Source of the DNA: Azolla caroliniana
Taxonomy: Eukaryota > Plantae > Polypodiophyta
Reading direction: 5' to 3'
Assembly: GCA_043228905.1 (NCBI GenBank)
Contig: JBHGNT010000066.1
Coordinates: 1 to 64,000 of the forward strand
DNA length: 64,000 nucleotides
A program made the translations under genes and the position numbers. Positions 12,961 through 27,000 of this stretch are shown here, piece by piece. Within the stretch, counting starts at the first letter, position 1, and every line of letters begins with the position of its first letter. Below the pieces are notes generated by a model. The model did not search any database, had not been told where the DNA came from, and was given only the letters and a program-made list of their open reading frames with translations.

Positions 12961-14016
12961 ATGAGGAGGGAGTTCAGAGCAACCATTGACTGAATTAAAA
13001 TGTTCATACCTGGCTCATGTGATATCGGATTTTTGTGTTCCAACATGCGAATCGAAGCTAACAACGCTAGCTATGATATGGAATTCAAAAATCAAGATTT
13101 TGAAACTCAGGTCGAGAGACATGACGAAATTACCAAATTTGAGGAGTGAGTTGAGAGGAGCCCTTGAGTAAATTAAAATGTTCATACCTGGCGAGTGTGA
13201 TATCGGATTTTTGTGTTCAAACATGCGAATCAAAGCTAACAACGCTAGCTATGATATGGAATTTAAAAATCAAGATTTTGAAACTCAGCTCGAGAGACAC
13301 ACGAAATTAGCAAACATGAGGAGGGAGTTCAGAGGAACCATTGAGTAAATTAAAATGTTCATACCTGGCTCGTGTGATATCAGATTTTTGTGTTCAAACA
13401 TGCGAATCGAAGCTAACAACGCTAGCTATGATATGGAATTAACAAATCAAAATTTTGAAACTCAGGTCGAGAGACATGACGAAAATACCAAATTTGAGGA
13501 GTGAGGTTGGAAGAGCTAGTAGGTAAATTAAAATGTTCATACCTGGCGAGTGTGATATCGGATTTTTGTGTTCAAACATGCGAATCGAAGCTAACAACGC
13601 TAGCTATGATATGGAATTAAAAAATCAAGATTTTGACACTCAGGTCGAGAGAGATGATGAAATTAGCAAACATGAGGAGGGAGTTCAGAGCAACCATTGA
13701 CTGAATTAAAATGTTCATACCTGGCTCATGTGATATCGGATTTTTGTGTTCCAACATGCGAATCGAAGCTAACAACGCTAGCTATGATATGGAATTCAAA
13801 AATCAAGATTTTGAAACTCAGGTCGAGAGACATGACGAAAATACCAAATTTGAGGAGTGAGTTGAGAGGAGCCCTTGAGTAAATTAAAATGTTCATACCT
13901 AGCGAGTGTGATATCGGATTTTTGTGTTCAAACATGCGATTCGAAGCTAACAACGCTAGCTATGATATAGAATTCAAAAATGAAGATTTTGAAACTCAGG
14001 TCGAGAGACATGACGA

Positions 14017-14105
14017 AATTAGCATATTTGAGGAGGGAGTTGAGAAGAGCGAGTGAGTAAATTAGAATGTTCATACCTGGCTCGTGTGATATCGAATTAG
14101 CAAAC
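14017..14105. other. Truncated monomer (100-bp internal deletion), copy 2
   Basis: Same junction GTGATATCG|AATTAGCAAAC at 14094/14095, 1145 bp after copy 1. Confidence 0.93.
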
Positions 14106-16010
14106 ATGAGGAGGGAGTTCAGAGCAACCATTGACTGAATTAAAATGTTCATACCTGGCTCATGTGATATCGGATTTTTGTGTTCCAACATGCGAATCGA
14201 AGCTAACAACGCTAGCTATGATATGGAATTCAAAAATCAAGATTTTGAAACTCAGGTCGAGAGACATGACGAAATTACCAAATTTGAGGAGTGAGTTGAG
14301 AGGAGCCCTTGAGTAAATTAAAATGTTCATACCTGGCGAGTGTGATATCGGATTTTTGTGTTCAAACATGCGAATCGAAGCTAACAACGCTAGCTATGAT
14401 ATGGAATTTAAAAATCAAGATTTTGAAACTCAGCTCGAGAGACACACGAAATTAGCAAACATGAGGAGGGAGTTCAGAGGAACCATTGAGTAAATTAAAA
14501 TGTTCATACCTGGCTCGTGTGATATCAGATTTTTGTGTTCAAACATGCGAATCGAAGCTAACAACGCTAGCTATGATATGGAATTAACAAATCAAAATTT
14601 TGAAACTCAGGTCGAGAGACATGACGAAAATACCAAATTTGAGGAGTGAGGTTGGAAGAGCTAGTAGGTAAATTAAAATGTTCATACCTGGCGAGTGTGA
14701 TATCGGATTTTTGTGTTCAAACATGCGAATCAAAGCTAACAACGCTAGCTATGATATGGAATTAAAAAATCAAGATTTTGACACTCAGGTCGAGAGAGAT
14801 GATGAAATTAGCAAACATGAGGAGGGAGTTCAGAGCAACCATTGACTGAATTAAAATGTTCATACCTGGCTCATGTGATATCGGATTTTTGTGTTCCAAC
14901 AGGCGAATCGAAGCTAACAACGCTAGCTATGATATGGAATTAACAAATCAAGATTTTGAAACTCAGGTCGAGAGACATGACGGAATTAGCAAACATGAGG
15001 AGTGAGTTGAGAGGAGCCCTTGAGTAAATTAAAATGTTCATACCTAGCGAGTGTGATATCGGATTTTTGTGTTCAAACATGCGAATCGAAGCTAACAACG
15101 CTAGCTATGATATGGAATTCAAAAATCAAGATTTTGAAACTCAGGTCGAGAGACATGACGAAATTACCAAATTTGAGGAGTGAGGTGAGAGGAGCCCTTG
15201 AGTAAATTAAAATGTTCATACCTAGCGAGTGTGATATCGGATTTTTGTGTTCAAACATGCGATTCGAAGCTAACAACGCTAGCTATGATATGGAATTCAA
15301 AAATCAAGATTTTGAAACTCAGGTCGAGAGACATGACGAAATTACCAAATTTGAGGAGTGAGTTGAGAGGAGCCCTTGAGTAAATTAAAATGTTCATACC
15401 TGGCGAGTGTGATATCGGATTTTTGTGTTCAAACATGCGAATCGAAGGTAACAACGCTAGCTATGATATGGAATTTAAAAATCAAGATTTTGAAACTCAG
15501 CTCGAGAGACACACGAAATTAGCAAACATGAGGAGGGAGTTCAGAGGAACCATTGAGTAAATTAAAATGTTCATACCTGGCTCGTGTGATATCAGATTTT
15601 TGTGTTCAAACATGCGAATCGAAGCTAACAACGCTAGCTATGATATGGAATTAAAAAATCAAGATTTTGAAACTCAGGTCGAGAGACATGACGAAATTAG
15701 CAAACGTGAGGAGGGAGTTGGAAGAGCTAGTAGGTAAATTAAAATGTTCATACCTGGCGAGTGTGATATCGGATTTTTGTGTACAAATATGCGAATCGAA
15801 GCTAACAACGCTAGCTATGATATGGAATTAACAAATCAAGATTTTGAAACTCAGGTCGAGAGAGATGATGAAATTAGCAAACTTGAGGAGTGAGTTGAAA
15901 GGAGCCCTTCAGTAAATTAAAATGTTCATACATGGCTCGTGTGATATCGGATTTTTGTGTACAAACATGCGAATCGAAGCTAACAACGCTAGCTATGATA
16001 TGGAATTAAA

Positions 16011-19000
16011 AAATCAAGATTTTGAAACTCAGGTCGAGAGACATGAAGAAATTAGCAAACTTGAGGAGTGAGTTTAGAGGAGCCCTTGAGTAAATTAAAA
16101 TGTTCATACCTGGCGAGTGTTATATCGGATTTTTTTGTACAAACATGCGAATCGAAGCTAACAACGCTAGCTATGATATGGAATTAAAAAATCAAGATTA
16201 TGAAACTCAGGTCGAGACACATGAAGAAATTAGCAAACATGAGGAGTGAGTTGAGACGAGCCCTTGAGTAAATTAAAATGTTCATACCTAGCGAGTGTGA
16301 TATCGGATTTTTTTGTACAAACATGCGAATCGAAGCTAACAACGCTAGCTATGATATGGAATTAACAAATCAAGATATTGAAACTCAGGTCGAGAGAGAT
16401 GATGAAATTAGCAAACATGAGGAGGGAGTTTAGAGGAACCATTGAGTGAATTAAAATGTTCATACCTGGCTCGTGTGATATCGGATTTTTGTGTTCCAAC
16501 ATGCGAATCGAAGCTAACAACGCTAGCTATGATATGGAATTCAAAAATCAAGATTTTGAAACTCAGGTCGAGAGACATGACGAAATTACAAAATTTGAGG
16601 AGTGAGGTTGGAAGAGCTAGTAGGTAAATTAAAATGTTCATACCTAGCGAGTGTGATATCGGATTTTTGTGTACAAACATGCGAATCGAAGCTAAGAACG
16701 CTAACTATGATATAGAATTAAAAAATCAAGATTTTGAAACTCAGGTCGAGAGACATGACGAAATTAGCAAACATGAGGAGTGAGTTGGAAGAGCTAGTAG
16801 GTAAATTAAAATGTTCATACCTGGCGAGTGTGATATCGGATTTTTGTGTACAAATATGCGAATCGAAGCTAACAACGCTAGCTATGATATGGAATTAACA
16901 AATCAAGATTTTGAAACTCAGGTCGAGAGACATGACGAAATTAGCAAACATGAGGAGTGAGTTGGAAGAGCTAGTAGGTAAATTAAAATGTTCATACCTG
17001 GCGAGTGTGATATCGGATTTTTGTGTTCAAACATGCGAATCGAAGCTAACAACGCTAGCTATGATATGGAATTAACAAATCAAGATTTCGAAACTCAGGT
17101 CGAGAGACATGACGAACTTAGCAAACATGAGGAGTGAGTTGAGAGGAGCCCTTGAGTAAATTAAAATGTTCATACCTAGCGAGTGTGATATCGGCTTTTT
17201 GTGTACAAATATGCGAATCGAAGCTAACAACGCTAGCTATGATATGGAATTCAAAAATCAAGATTTTGAAACTCAGGTCGAGAGACATGACGAAATTACC
17301 AAATTTGAGGAGTGAGTTGAGAGGAGCCCTTGAGTAAATTAAAATGTTCATACCTGGCGAGTGTGATATCGGATTTTTGTGTACAAACATGCGAATCGAA
17401 GCTAACAACGCTAGCTATGATATGGAATTTAAAAATCAAGATTTTGAAACTCAGGTCGAGAGACATGACGAAATTAGCAAACATGAGGAGGGAGTTCAGA
17501 GGAACCATTGAGTAAATTAAAATGTTCATATCTGGCTCGTGTGATATCGGATTTTTGTGTTCAAACATGCGAATCGAAGCTAACAACGCTAGCTATGATA
17601 TGGAATTAACAAATCAAGATTTTGAATCTCAGGTCGAGAGACATGACGAAATTAGCAAACATGAGGATTCAGTTGAGAGGAGCCCTTGAGTAAATTAAAA
17701 TGTTCATACCTAGCGACTGTGATATCGGATTTCTGTGTTCAAACATGCGAATCGAAGCTAACAACGCTAGCTATGATATGGAATTAACAAATCAAGATAT
17801 TGAAACTCAGGTCGAGAGACATGACGAAATTAGCAAACATGAGGAGGGAGTTCAGAGGAACCATTGAGTAAATTAAAATGTTCATACCTGGCTCGTGTGA
17901 TATCGGATTTTTGTATTCAAACATGCGAATCGAAGCTAACAACGCTAGCTATGATATGGAATTAACAAATCAAGATTTTGAAACTCAGGTCGAGAGACAT
18001 GACGAAATTAGCAAACATGAGGATTCAGTTGAGAGGAGCCCTTGAGTAAATTAAAATGTTCATACCTGGCGAGTGTGATATCGGATTTCTGTGTTCAAAC
18101 ATGCGAATCGAAGCTAACAACGCTAGCTATGATATGGAATTTAAAAATCAAGATTTTGAAACTCAGGTCGAGAGACATGACGAAATTAGCAAACATGAGG
18201 AGGGAGTTCAGAGGAACCATTGAGTAAATTAAAATGTTCATACCTGGCTCGTGTGATATCAGATTTTTGTGTTCAAACATGCGAATCGAAGCTAACAACG
18301 CTAGCTATGATATGGAATTAAAAAATCAAGATTTTGAAACTCAGGTCGAGAGACATGACGAAATTAGCAAACATGAGGAGGGAGTTCAGAGGAACCATTG
18401 AGTAAATTAAAATGTTCATACCTGGCTCGTGTGATATCCGATTTTTGTGTTCAAACATGCGAATCGAAGCTAACAACGCTAGCTATGATATAGAATTAAA
18501 AAATCAAGATTTTGAAACTCAGGTCGAGAGACATGACGAAATTAGCAAACGTGAGGAGGGAGTTGGAAGAGCTAGTAGGTAAATTAAAATGTTCATACCT
18601 GGCGAGTGTGATATCGGATTTTTGTGTACAAATATGCGAATCGAAGCTAACAACGCTAGCTATGATATGGAATTAACAAATCAAGATTTTGAAACTCAGG
18701 TCGAGAGACATGAAGAAATTAGCAAACTTGAGGAGTGAGTTTAGAGGAGCCCTTGAGTAAATTAAAATGTTCATACCTGGCGAGTGTTATATCGGATTTT
18801 TTTGTACAAACATGCGAATCGAAGCTAACAACGCTAGCTATGATATGGAATTAAAAAATCAAGATTATGAAACTCAGGTCGAGACACATGAAGAAATTAG
18901 CAAACATGAGGAGTGAGTTGAGACGAGCCCTTGAGTAAATTAAAATGTTCATACCTAGCGAGTGTGATATCGGATTTTTTTGTACAAACATGCGAATCGA

Positions 19001-22000
19001 AGCTAACAACGCTAGCTATGATATGGAATTAACAAATCAAGATATTGAAACTCAGGTCGAGAGAGATGATGAAATTAGCAAACATGAGGAGGGAGTTTAG
19101 AGGAACCATTGAGTGAATTAAAATGTTCATACCTGGCTCGTGTGATATCGGATTTTTGTGTTCCAACATGCGAATCGAAGCTAACAACGCTAGCTATGAT
19201 ATGGAATTCAAAAATCAAGATTTTGAAACTCAGGTCGAGAGACATGACGAAATTACAAAATTTGAGGAGTGAGGTTGGAAGAGCTAGTAGGTAAATTAAA
19301 ATGTTCATACCTAGCGAGTGTGATATCGGATTTTTGTGTACAAACATGCGAATCGAAGCTAAGAACGCTAACTATGATATAGAATTAAAAAATCAAGATT
19401 TTGAAACTCAGGTCGAGAGACATGACGAAATTAGCAAACATGAGGAGTGAGTTGGAAGAGCTAGTAGGTAAATTAAAATGTTCATACCTGGCGAGTGTGA
19501 TATCGGATTTTTGTGTACAAATATGCGAATCGAAGCTAACAACGCTAGCTATGATATGGAATTAACAAATCAAGATTTTGAAACTCAGGTCGAGAGACAT
19601 GACGAAATTAGCAAACATGAGGAGTGAGTTGGAAGAGCTAGTAGGTAAATTAAAATGTTCATACCTGGCGAGTGTGATATCGGATTTTTGTGTTCAAACA
19701 TGCGAATCGAAGCTAACAACGCTAGCTATGATATGGAATTAACAAATCAAGATTTCGAAACTCAGGTCGAGAGACATGACGAACTTAGCAAACATGAGGA
19801 GTGAGTTGAGAGGAGCCCTTGAGTAAATTAAAATGTTCATACCTAGCGAGTGTGATATCGGCTTTTTGTGTACAAATATGCGAATCGAAGCTAACAACGC
19901 TAGCTATGATATGGAATTCAAAAATCAAGATTTTGAAACTCAGGTCGAGAGACATGACGAAATTACCAAATTTGAGGAGTGAGTTGAGAGGAGCCCTTGA
20001 GTAAATTAAAATGTTCATACCTGGCGAGTGTGATATCGGATTTTTGTGTACAAACATGCGAATCGAAGCTAACAACGCTAGCTATGATATGGAATTTAAA
20101 AATCAAGATTTTGAAACTCAGGTCGAGAGACATGACGAAATTAGCAAACATGAGGAGGGAGTTCAGAGGAACCATTGAGTAAATTAAAATGTTCATATCT
20201 GGCTCGTGTGATATCGGATTTTTGTGTTCAAACATGCGAATCGAAGCTAACAACGCTAGCTATGATATGGAATTAACAAATCAAGATTTTGAATCTCAGG
20301 TCGAGAGACATGACGAAATTAGCAAACATGAGGATTCAGTTGAGAGGAGCCCTTGAGTAAATTAAAATGTTCATACCTAGCGACTGTGATATCGGATTTC
20401 TGTGTTCAAACATGCGAATCGAAGCTAACAACGCTAGCTATGATATGGAATTAACAAATCAAGATATTGAAACTCAGGTCGAGAGACATGACGAAATTAG
20501 CAAACATGAGGAGGGAGTTCAGAGGAACCATTGAGTAAATTAAAATGTTCATACCTGGCTCGTGTGATATCGGATTTTTGTATTCAAACATGCGAATCGA
20601 AGCTAACAACGCTAGCTATGATATGGAATTAACAAATCAAGATTTTGAAACTCAGGTCGAGAGACATGACGAAATTAGCAAACATGAGGATTCAGTTGAG
20701 AGGAGCCCTTGAGTAAATTAAAATGTTCATACCTGGCGAGTGTGATATCGGATTTCTGTGTTCAAACATGCGAATCGAAGCTAACAACGCTAGCTATGAT
20801 ATGGAATTTAAAAATCAAGATTTTGAAACTCAGGTCGAGAGACATGACGAAATTAGCAAACATGAGGAGGGAGTTCAGAGGAACCATTGAGTAAATTAAA
20901 ATGTTCATACCTGGCTCGTGTGATATCAGATTTTTGTGTTCAAACATGCGAATCGAAGCTAACAACGCTAGCTATGATATGGAATTAAAAAATCAAGATT
21001 TTGAAACTCAGGTCGAGAGACATGACGAAATTAGCAAACATGAGGAGGGAGTTCAGAGGAACCATTGAGTAAATTAAAATGTTCATACCTGGCTCGTGTG
21101 ATATCCGATTTTTGTGTTCAAACATGCGAATCGAAGCTAACAACGCTAGCTATGATATAGAATTAAAAAATCAAGATTTTGAAACTCAGGTCGAGAGACA
21201 TGACGAAATTAGCAAACGTGAGGAGGGAGTTGGAAGAGCTAGTAGGTAAATTAAAATGTTCATACCTGGCGAGTGTGATATCGGATTTTTGTGTACAAAT
21301 ATGCGAATCGAAGCTAACAACGCTAGCTATGATATGGAATTAACAAATCAAGATTTTGAAACTCAGGTCGAGAGACATGAAGAAATTAGCAAACTTGAGG
21401 AGTGAGTTTAGAGGAGCCCTTGAGTAAATTAAAATGTTCATACCTGGCGAGTGTTATATCGGATTTTTTTGTACAAACATGCGAATCGAAGCTAACAACG
21501 CTAGCTATGATATGGAATTAAAAAATCAAGATTATGAAACTCAGGTCGAGACACATGAAGAAATTAGCAAACATGAGGAGTGAGTTGAGACGAGCCCTTG
21601 AGTAAATTAAAATGTTCATACCTAGCGAGTGTGATATCGGATTTTTTTGTACAAACATGCGAATCGAAGCTAACAACGCTAGCTATGATATGGAATTAAC
21701 AAATCAAGATATTGAAACTCAGGTCGAGAGAGATGATGAAATTAGCAAACATGAGGAGGGAGTTTAGAGGAACCATTGAGTGAATTAAAATGTTCATACC
21801 TGGCTCGTGTGATATCGGATTTTTGTGTTCCAACATGCGAATCGAAGCTAACAACGCTAGCTATGATATGGAATTCAAAAATCAAGATTTTGAAACTCAG
21901 GTCGAGAGACATGACGAAATTACAAAATTTGAGGAGTGAGGTTGGAAGAGCTAGTAGGTAAATTAAAATGTTCATACCTAGCGAGTGTGATATCGGATTT

Positions 22001-24042
22001 TTGTGTACAAACATGCGAATCGAAGCTAAGAACGCTAACTATGATATAGAATTAAAAAATCAAGATTTTGAAACTCAGGTCGAGAGACATGACGAAATTA
22101 GCAAACATGAGGAGTGAGTTGGAAGAGCTAGTAGGTAAATTAAAATGTTCATACCTGGCGAGTGTGATATCGGATTTTTGTGTACAAATATGCGAATCGA
22201 AGCTAACAACGCTAGCTATGATATGGAATTAACAAATCAAGATTTTGAAACTCAGGTCGAGAGACATGACGAAATTAGCAAACATGAGGAGTGAGTTGGA
22301 AGAGCTAGTAGGTAAATTAAAATGTTCATACCTGGCGAGTGTGATATCGGATTTTTGTGTTCAAACATGCGAATCGAAGCTAACAACGCTAGCTATGATA
22401 TGGAATTAACAAATCAAGATTTCGAAACTCAGGTCGAGAGACATGACGAACTTAGCAAACATGAGGAGTGAGTTGAGAGGAGCCCTTGAGTAAATTAAAA
22501 TGTTCATACCTAGCGAGTGTGATATCGGCTTTTTGTGTACAAATATGCGAATCGAAGCTAACAACGCTAGCTATGATATGGAATTCAAAAATCAAGATTT
22601 TGAAACTCAGGTCGAGAGACATGACGAAATTACCAAATTTGAGGAGTGAGTTGAGAGGAGCCCTTGAGTAAATTAAAATGTTCATACCTGGCGAGTGTGA
22701 TATCGGATTTTTGTGTACAAACATGCGAATCGAAGCTAACAACGCTAGCTATGATATGGAATTTAAAAATCAAGATTTTGAAACTCAGGTCGAGAGACAT
22801 GACGAAATTAGCAAACATGAGGAGGGAGTTCAGAGGAACCATTGAGTAAATTAAAATGTTCATATCTGGCTCGTGTGATATCGGATTTTTGTGTTCAAAC
22901 ATGCGAATCGAAGCTAACAACGCTAGCTATGATATGGAATTAACAAATCAAGATTTTGAATCTCAGGTCGAGAGACATGACGAAATTAGCAAACATGAGG
23001 ATTCAGTTGAGAGGAGCCCTTGAGTAAATTAAAATGTTCATACCTAGCGACTGTGATATCGGATTTCTGTGTTCAAACATGCGAATCGAAGCTAACAACG
23101 CTAGCTATGATATGGAATTAACAAATCAAGATATTGAAACTCAGGTCGAGAGACATGACGAAATTAGCAAACATGAGGAGGGAGTTCAGAGGAACCATTG
23201 AGTAAATTAAAATGTTCATACCTGGCTCGTGTGATATCGGATTTTTGTATTCAAACATGCGAATCGAAGCTAACAACGCTAGCTATGATATGGAATTAAC
23301 AAATCAAGATTTTGAAACTCAGGTCGAGAGACATGACGAAATTAGCAAACATGAGGATTCAGTTGAGAGGAGCCCTTGAGTAAATTAAAATGTTCATACC
23401 TGGCGAGTGTGATATCGGATTTCTGTGTTCAAACATGCGAATCGAAGCTAACAACGCTAGCTATGATATGGAATTTAAAAATCAAGATTTTGAAACTCAG
23501 GTCGAGAGACATGACGAAATTAGCAAACATGAGGAGGGAGTTCAGAGGAACCATTGAGTAAATTAAAATGTTCATACCTGGCTCGTGTGATATCAGATTT
23601 TTGTGTTCAAACATGCGAATCGAAGCTAACAACGCTAGCTATGATATGGAATTAAAAAATCAAGATTTTGAAACTCAGGTCGAGAGACATGACGAAATTA
23701 GCAAACATGAGGAGGGAGTTCAGAGGAACCATTGAGTAAATTAAAATGTTCATACCTGGCTCGTGTGATATCCGATTTTTGTGTTCAAACATGCGAATCG
23801 AAGCTAACAACGCTAGCTATGATATAGAATTAAAAAATCAAGATTTTGAAACTCAGGTCGAGAGACATGACGAAATTAGCAAACGTGAGGAGGGAGTTGG
23901 AAGAGCTAGTAGGTAAATTAAAATGTTCATACCTGGCGAGTGTGATATCGGATTTTTGTGTACAAATATGCGAATCGAAGCTAACAACGCTAGCTATGAT
24001 ATGGAATTAACAAATCAAGATTTTGAAACTCAGGTCGAGAGA
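16011..24042. repeat. 15-monomer HOR (2667 bp = 15x178 - 3), three near-identical tandem copies
   Basis: Private marker GCTAAGAACGCTAACTATG at 16691, 19358, 22025. ORF triplets 16442/19109/21776, 17152/19819/22486, 18042/20709/23376. Boundary mismatches at 16010/18677 and 21376/24043. Confidence 0.95.
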
Positions 24043-27000
24043 GATGATGAAATTAGCAAACTTGAGGAGTGAGTTGAAAGGAGCCCTTCAGTAAATTAAA
24101 ATGTTCATACATGGCTCGTGTGATATCGGATTTTTGTGTACAAACATGCGAATCGAAGCTAACAACGCTAGCTATGATATGGAATTAAAAAATCAAGATT
24201 TTGAAACTCAGGTCGAGAGACATGAAGAAATTAGCAAACTTGAGGAGTGAGTTTAGAGGAGCCCTTGAGTAAATTAAAATGTTCATACCTGGCGAGTGTG
24301 ATATCGGATTTTTGTGTTCCAACATGCGAATCGAAGCTAACAACGCTAGCTATGATATGGAATTCAAAAATCAAGATTTTGAAACTCAGGTCGAGAGACA
24401 TGACGAAATTACAAAATTTGAGGAGTGAGGTTGGAAGAGCTACTAGGTAAATTAAAATATTCATACCTAGCGAGTGTGATATCGGATTTTTGTGTACAAA
24501 CATGCGAATCGAAGCTAACAACGCTAGCTATGATATAGAATTAAAAAATCAAGATTTTGAAACTCAGGTCGAGAGACATGACGAAATTAGCAAACATGAG
24601 GAGGGAGTTTAGAGGAACCATTGAGTGAATTAAAATGTTCATACCTGGCTCGTGTGATATCGGATTTTTGTGTTCCAACATGCGAATCGAAGCTATCAAC
24701 TCTAGCTATGATATGGAATTAACAAATCAAGATATTGAAACTCAGGTCGAGAGAGATGATGAAACTAGCAAACATGAGGAGGGAGTTTAGAGGAACCATT
24801 GAGTGAATTAAAATGTTCATACCTGGCTCGTGTGATATCGGATTTTTGTGTTCCAACATGCGAATCGAAGCTAACAACGCTAGCTATGATATGGAATTCA
24901 AAAATCAAGATTTTGAAACTCAGGTCGAGAGACATGACGAAATTACCAAATTTGAGGAGTGAGGTTGGAAGAGCTAGTAGGTAAATTAAAATGTTCATAC
25001 CTAGCGAGTGTGATATCGGATTTTTGTGTACAAACATGCGAATCGAAGCTAACAACGCTAGCTATGATATAGAATTAAAAAATCAAGATTTTGAAACTCA
25101 GGTCGAGAGACATGACGAAATTACCAAACATGAGGAGTGAGTTGGAAGAGCTAGTAGGTAAATTAAAATGTTCATACCTGGCGAGTGTGATATCGGATTT
25201 TTGTGTACAAATATGCGAATCGAAGCTAACAACGCTAGCTATGATATGGAATTAAAAAATCAAGATTTTGAAACTCAGGTCGAGAGACATGACGAACTTA
25301 GCAAACATGATGAGTGAGTTGAGAGGAGCCCTTGAGTAAATTAAAATGTTCATACCTAGCGAGTGTGATATCGGCTTTTTGTGTACAAATATGCGAATCG
25401 AAGCTAACAACGCTAGCTATGATATGGAATTCAAAAATCAAGATTTTGAAACTCAAGTCGAGAGACATGACGAAATTACCAAATTTGAGGAGTGAGTTGA
25501 GAGGAGCCCTTGAGTAAATTAAAATGTTCATACCTGGCGAGTGTGATATCGGATTTTTGTGTACAAACATGCGAATCGAAGCTAACAACGCTAGCTATGA
25601 TATGGAATTTAAAAATCAAGATTTTGAAACTCAGGTCGAGAGACATGACGAAATTAGCAAACATGAGGAGGGAGTTCAGAGGAACCATTGAGTAAATTAA
25701 AATGTTCATACCTGGCTCGTGTGATATCGGATTTTTGTGTTCAAACATGCGAATCGAAGCTAACAACGCTAGCTATGATATGGAATTAACAAATCAAGAT
25801 TTTGAATCTCAGGTCGAGAGACATGACAAAATTAGCAAACATGAGGATTCAGTTGAGAGGAGCCCTTGAGTAAATTAAAATGTTCATACCTAGCGAGTGT
25901 GATATCGGATTTCTGTGTTCAAACATGCGAATCGAAGCTAACAACGCTAGCTATGATATGGAATTAACAAATCAAGATATTAAAACTCAGGTCGAGAGAC
26001 ATGACGAACTTAGCAAACATGAGGAGTGAGTTGAGAGGAGCCCTTGAGTAAATTAAAATGTTCATACCTAGCGAGTGTGATATCGGATTTCTGTGTTCAA
26101 ACATGCGAATCGAAGCTAACAACGCTAGCTATGATATGGAATTCAAAAATCAAGATTTTGAAACTCAGGTCGAGAGACATGACGAAATTACCAAATTTCA
26201 GGAGTGAGTTGAGAGGAGCCCTTGAGTAAATTAAAATGTTCATACCTGGCGAGTGTGATATCGGATTTTTGTGTTCAAACATGCGAATCGAAGCTAACAA
26301 CGCTAGCTATGATATGGTATTTAAAAATCAAGATTTTGAAACTCAGGTCGAGAGACATGACGAAATTAGCAAACATGAGGAGGGAGTTCAGAGGAACCAT
26401 TGAGTAAATTAAAATGTTCATACCTGGCTCGTGTGATATCAGATTTTTGTGTTCAAACATGCGAATCGAAGCTAACAACGCTAGCTATGATATGGAATTA
26501 ACAAATCAAAATTTTGAAACTCAGGTCGAGAGACATGACGAAAATACCAAATTTGAGGAGTGAGGTTGGAAGAGCTAGTAGGTAAATTAAAATGTTCATA
26601 CCTGGCGAGTGTGATATCGGATTTTTGTGTTCAAACATGCGAATCGAAGCTAACAACGCTAGCTATGATATGGAATTAAAAAATGAAGATTTTGACACTC
26701 AGGTCGAGAGAGATGATGAAATTAGCAAACATGAGGAGGGAGTTCAGAGGAACCATTGAGTGAATTAAAATGTTCATACCTGGCTCATGTGATATCGGAT
26801 TTTTTTGTTCCAACATGCGAATCGAAGCTAACAATGCTAGCTATGATATGAATTCAAAAATCAAGATTTTGAAACTCAGGTCGAGAGACATGACGAAAAT
26901 ACCAAATTTGAGGAGTGAGTTGAGAGGAGCCCTTGAGTAAATTAAAATGTTCATACCTAGCGAGTGTGATATCGGATTTTTGTGTTCAAACATGCGATTC

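Larger units (their letters stand above)
11964..14941. repeat. HOR with 1145-bp period (5x178 + 177 + one 78-bp truncated monomer), ~2.6 copies
   Basis: Marker CAGCTCGAGAGACACACGAA (1-bp deletion) at 12141, 13286, 14431. Deletion junction at 12949/14094. ORF pairs 12581/13726, 12783/13928, 12986/14131 are all +1145. Confidence 0.92.
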
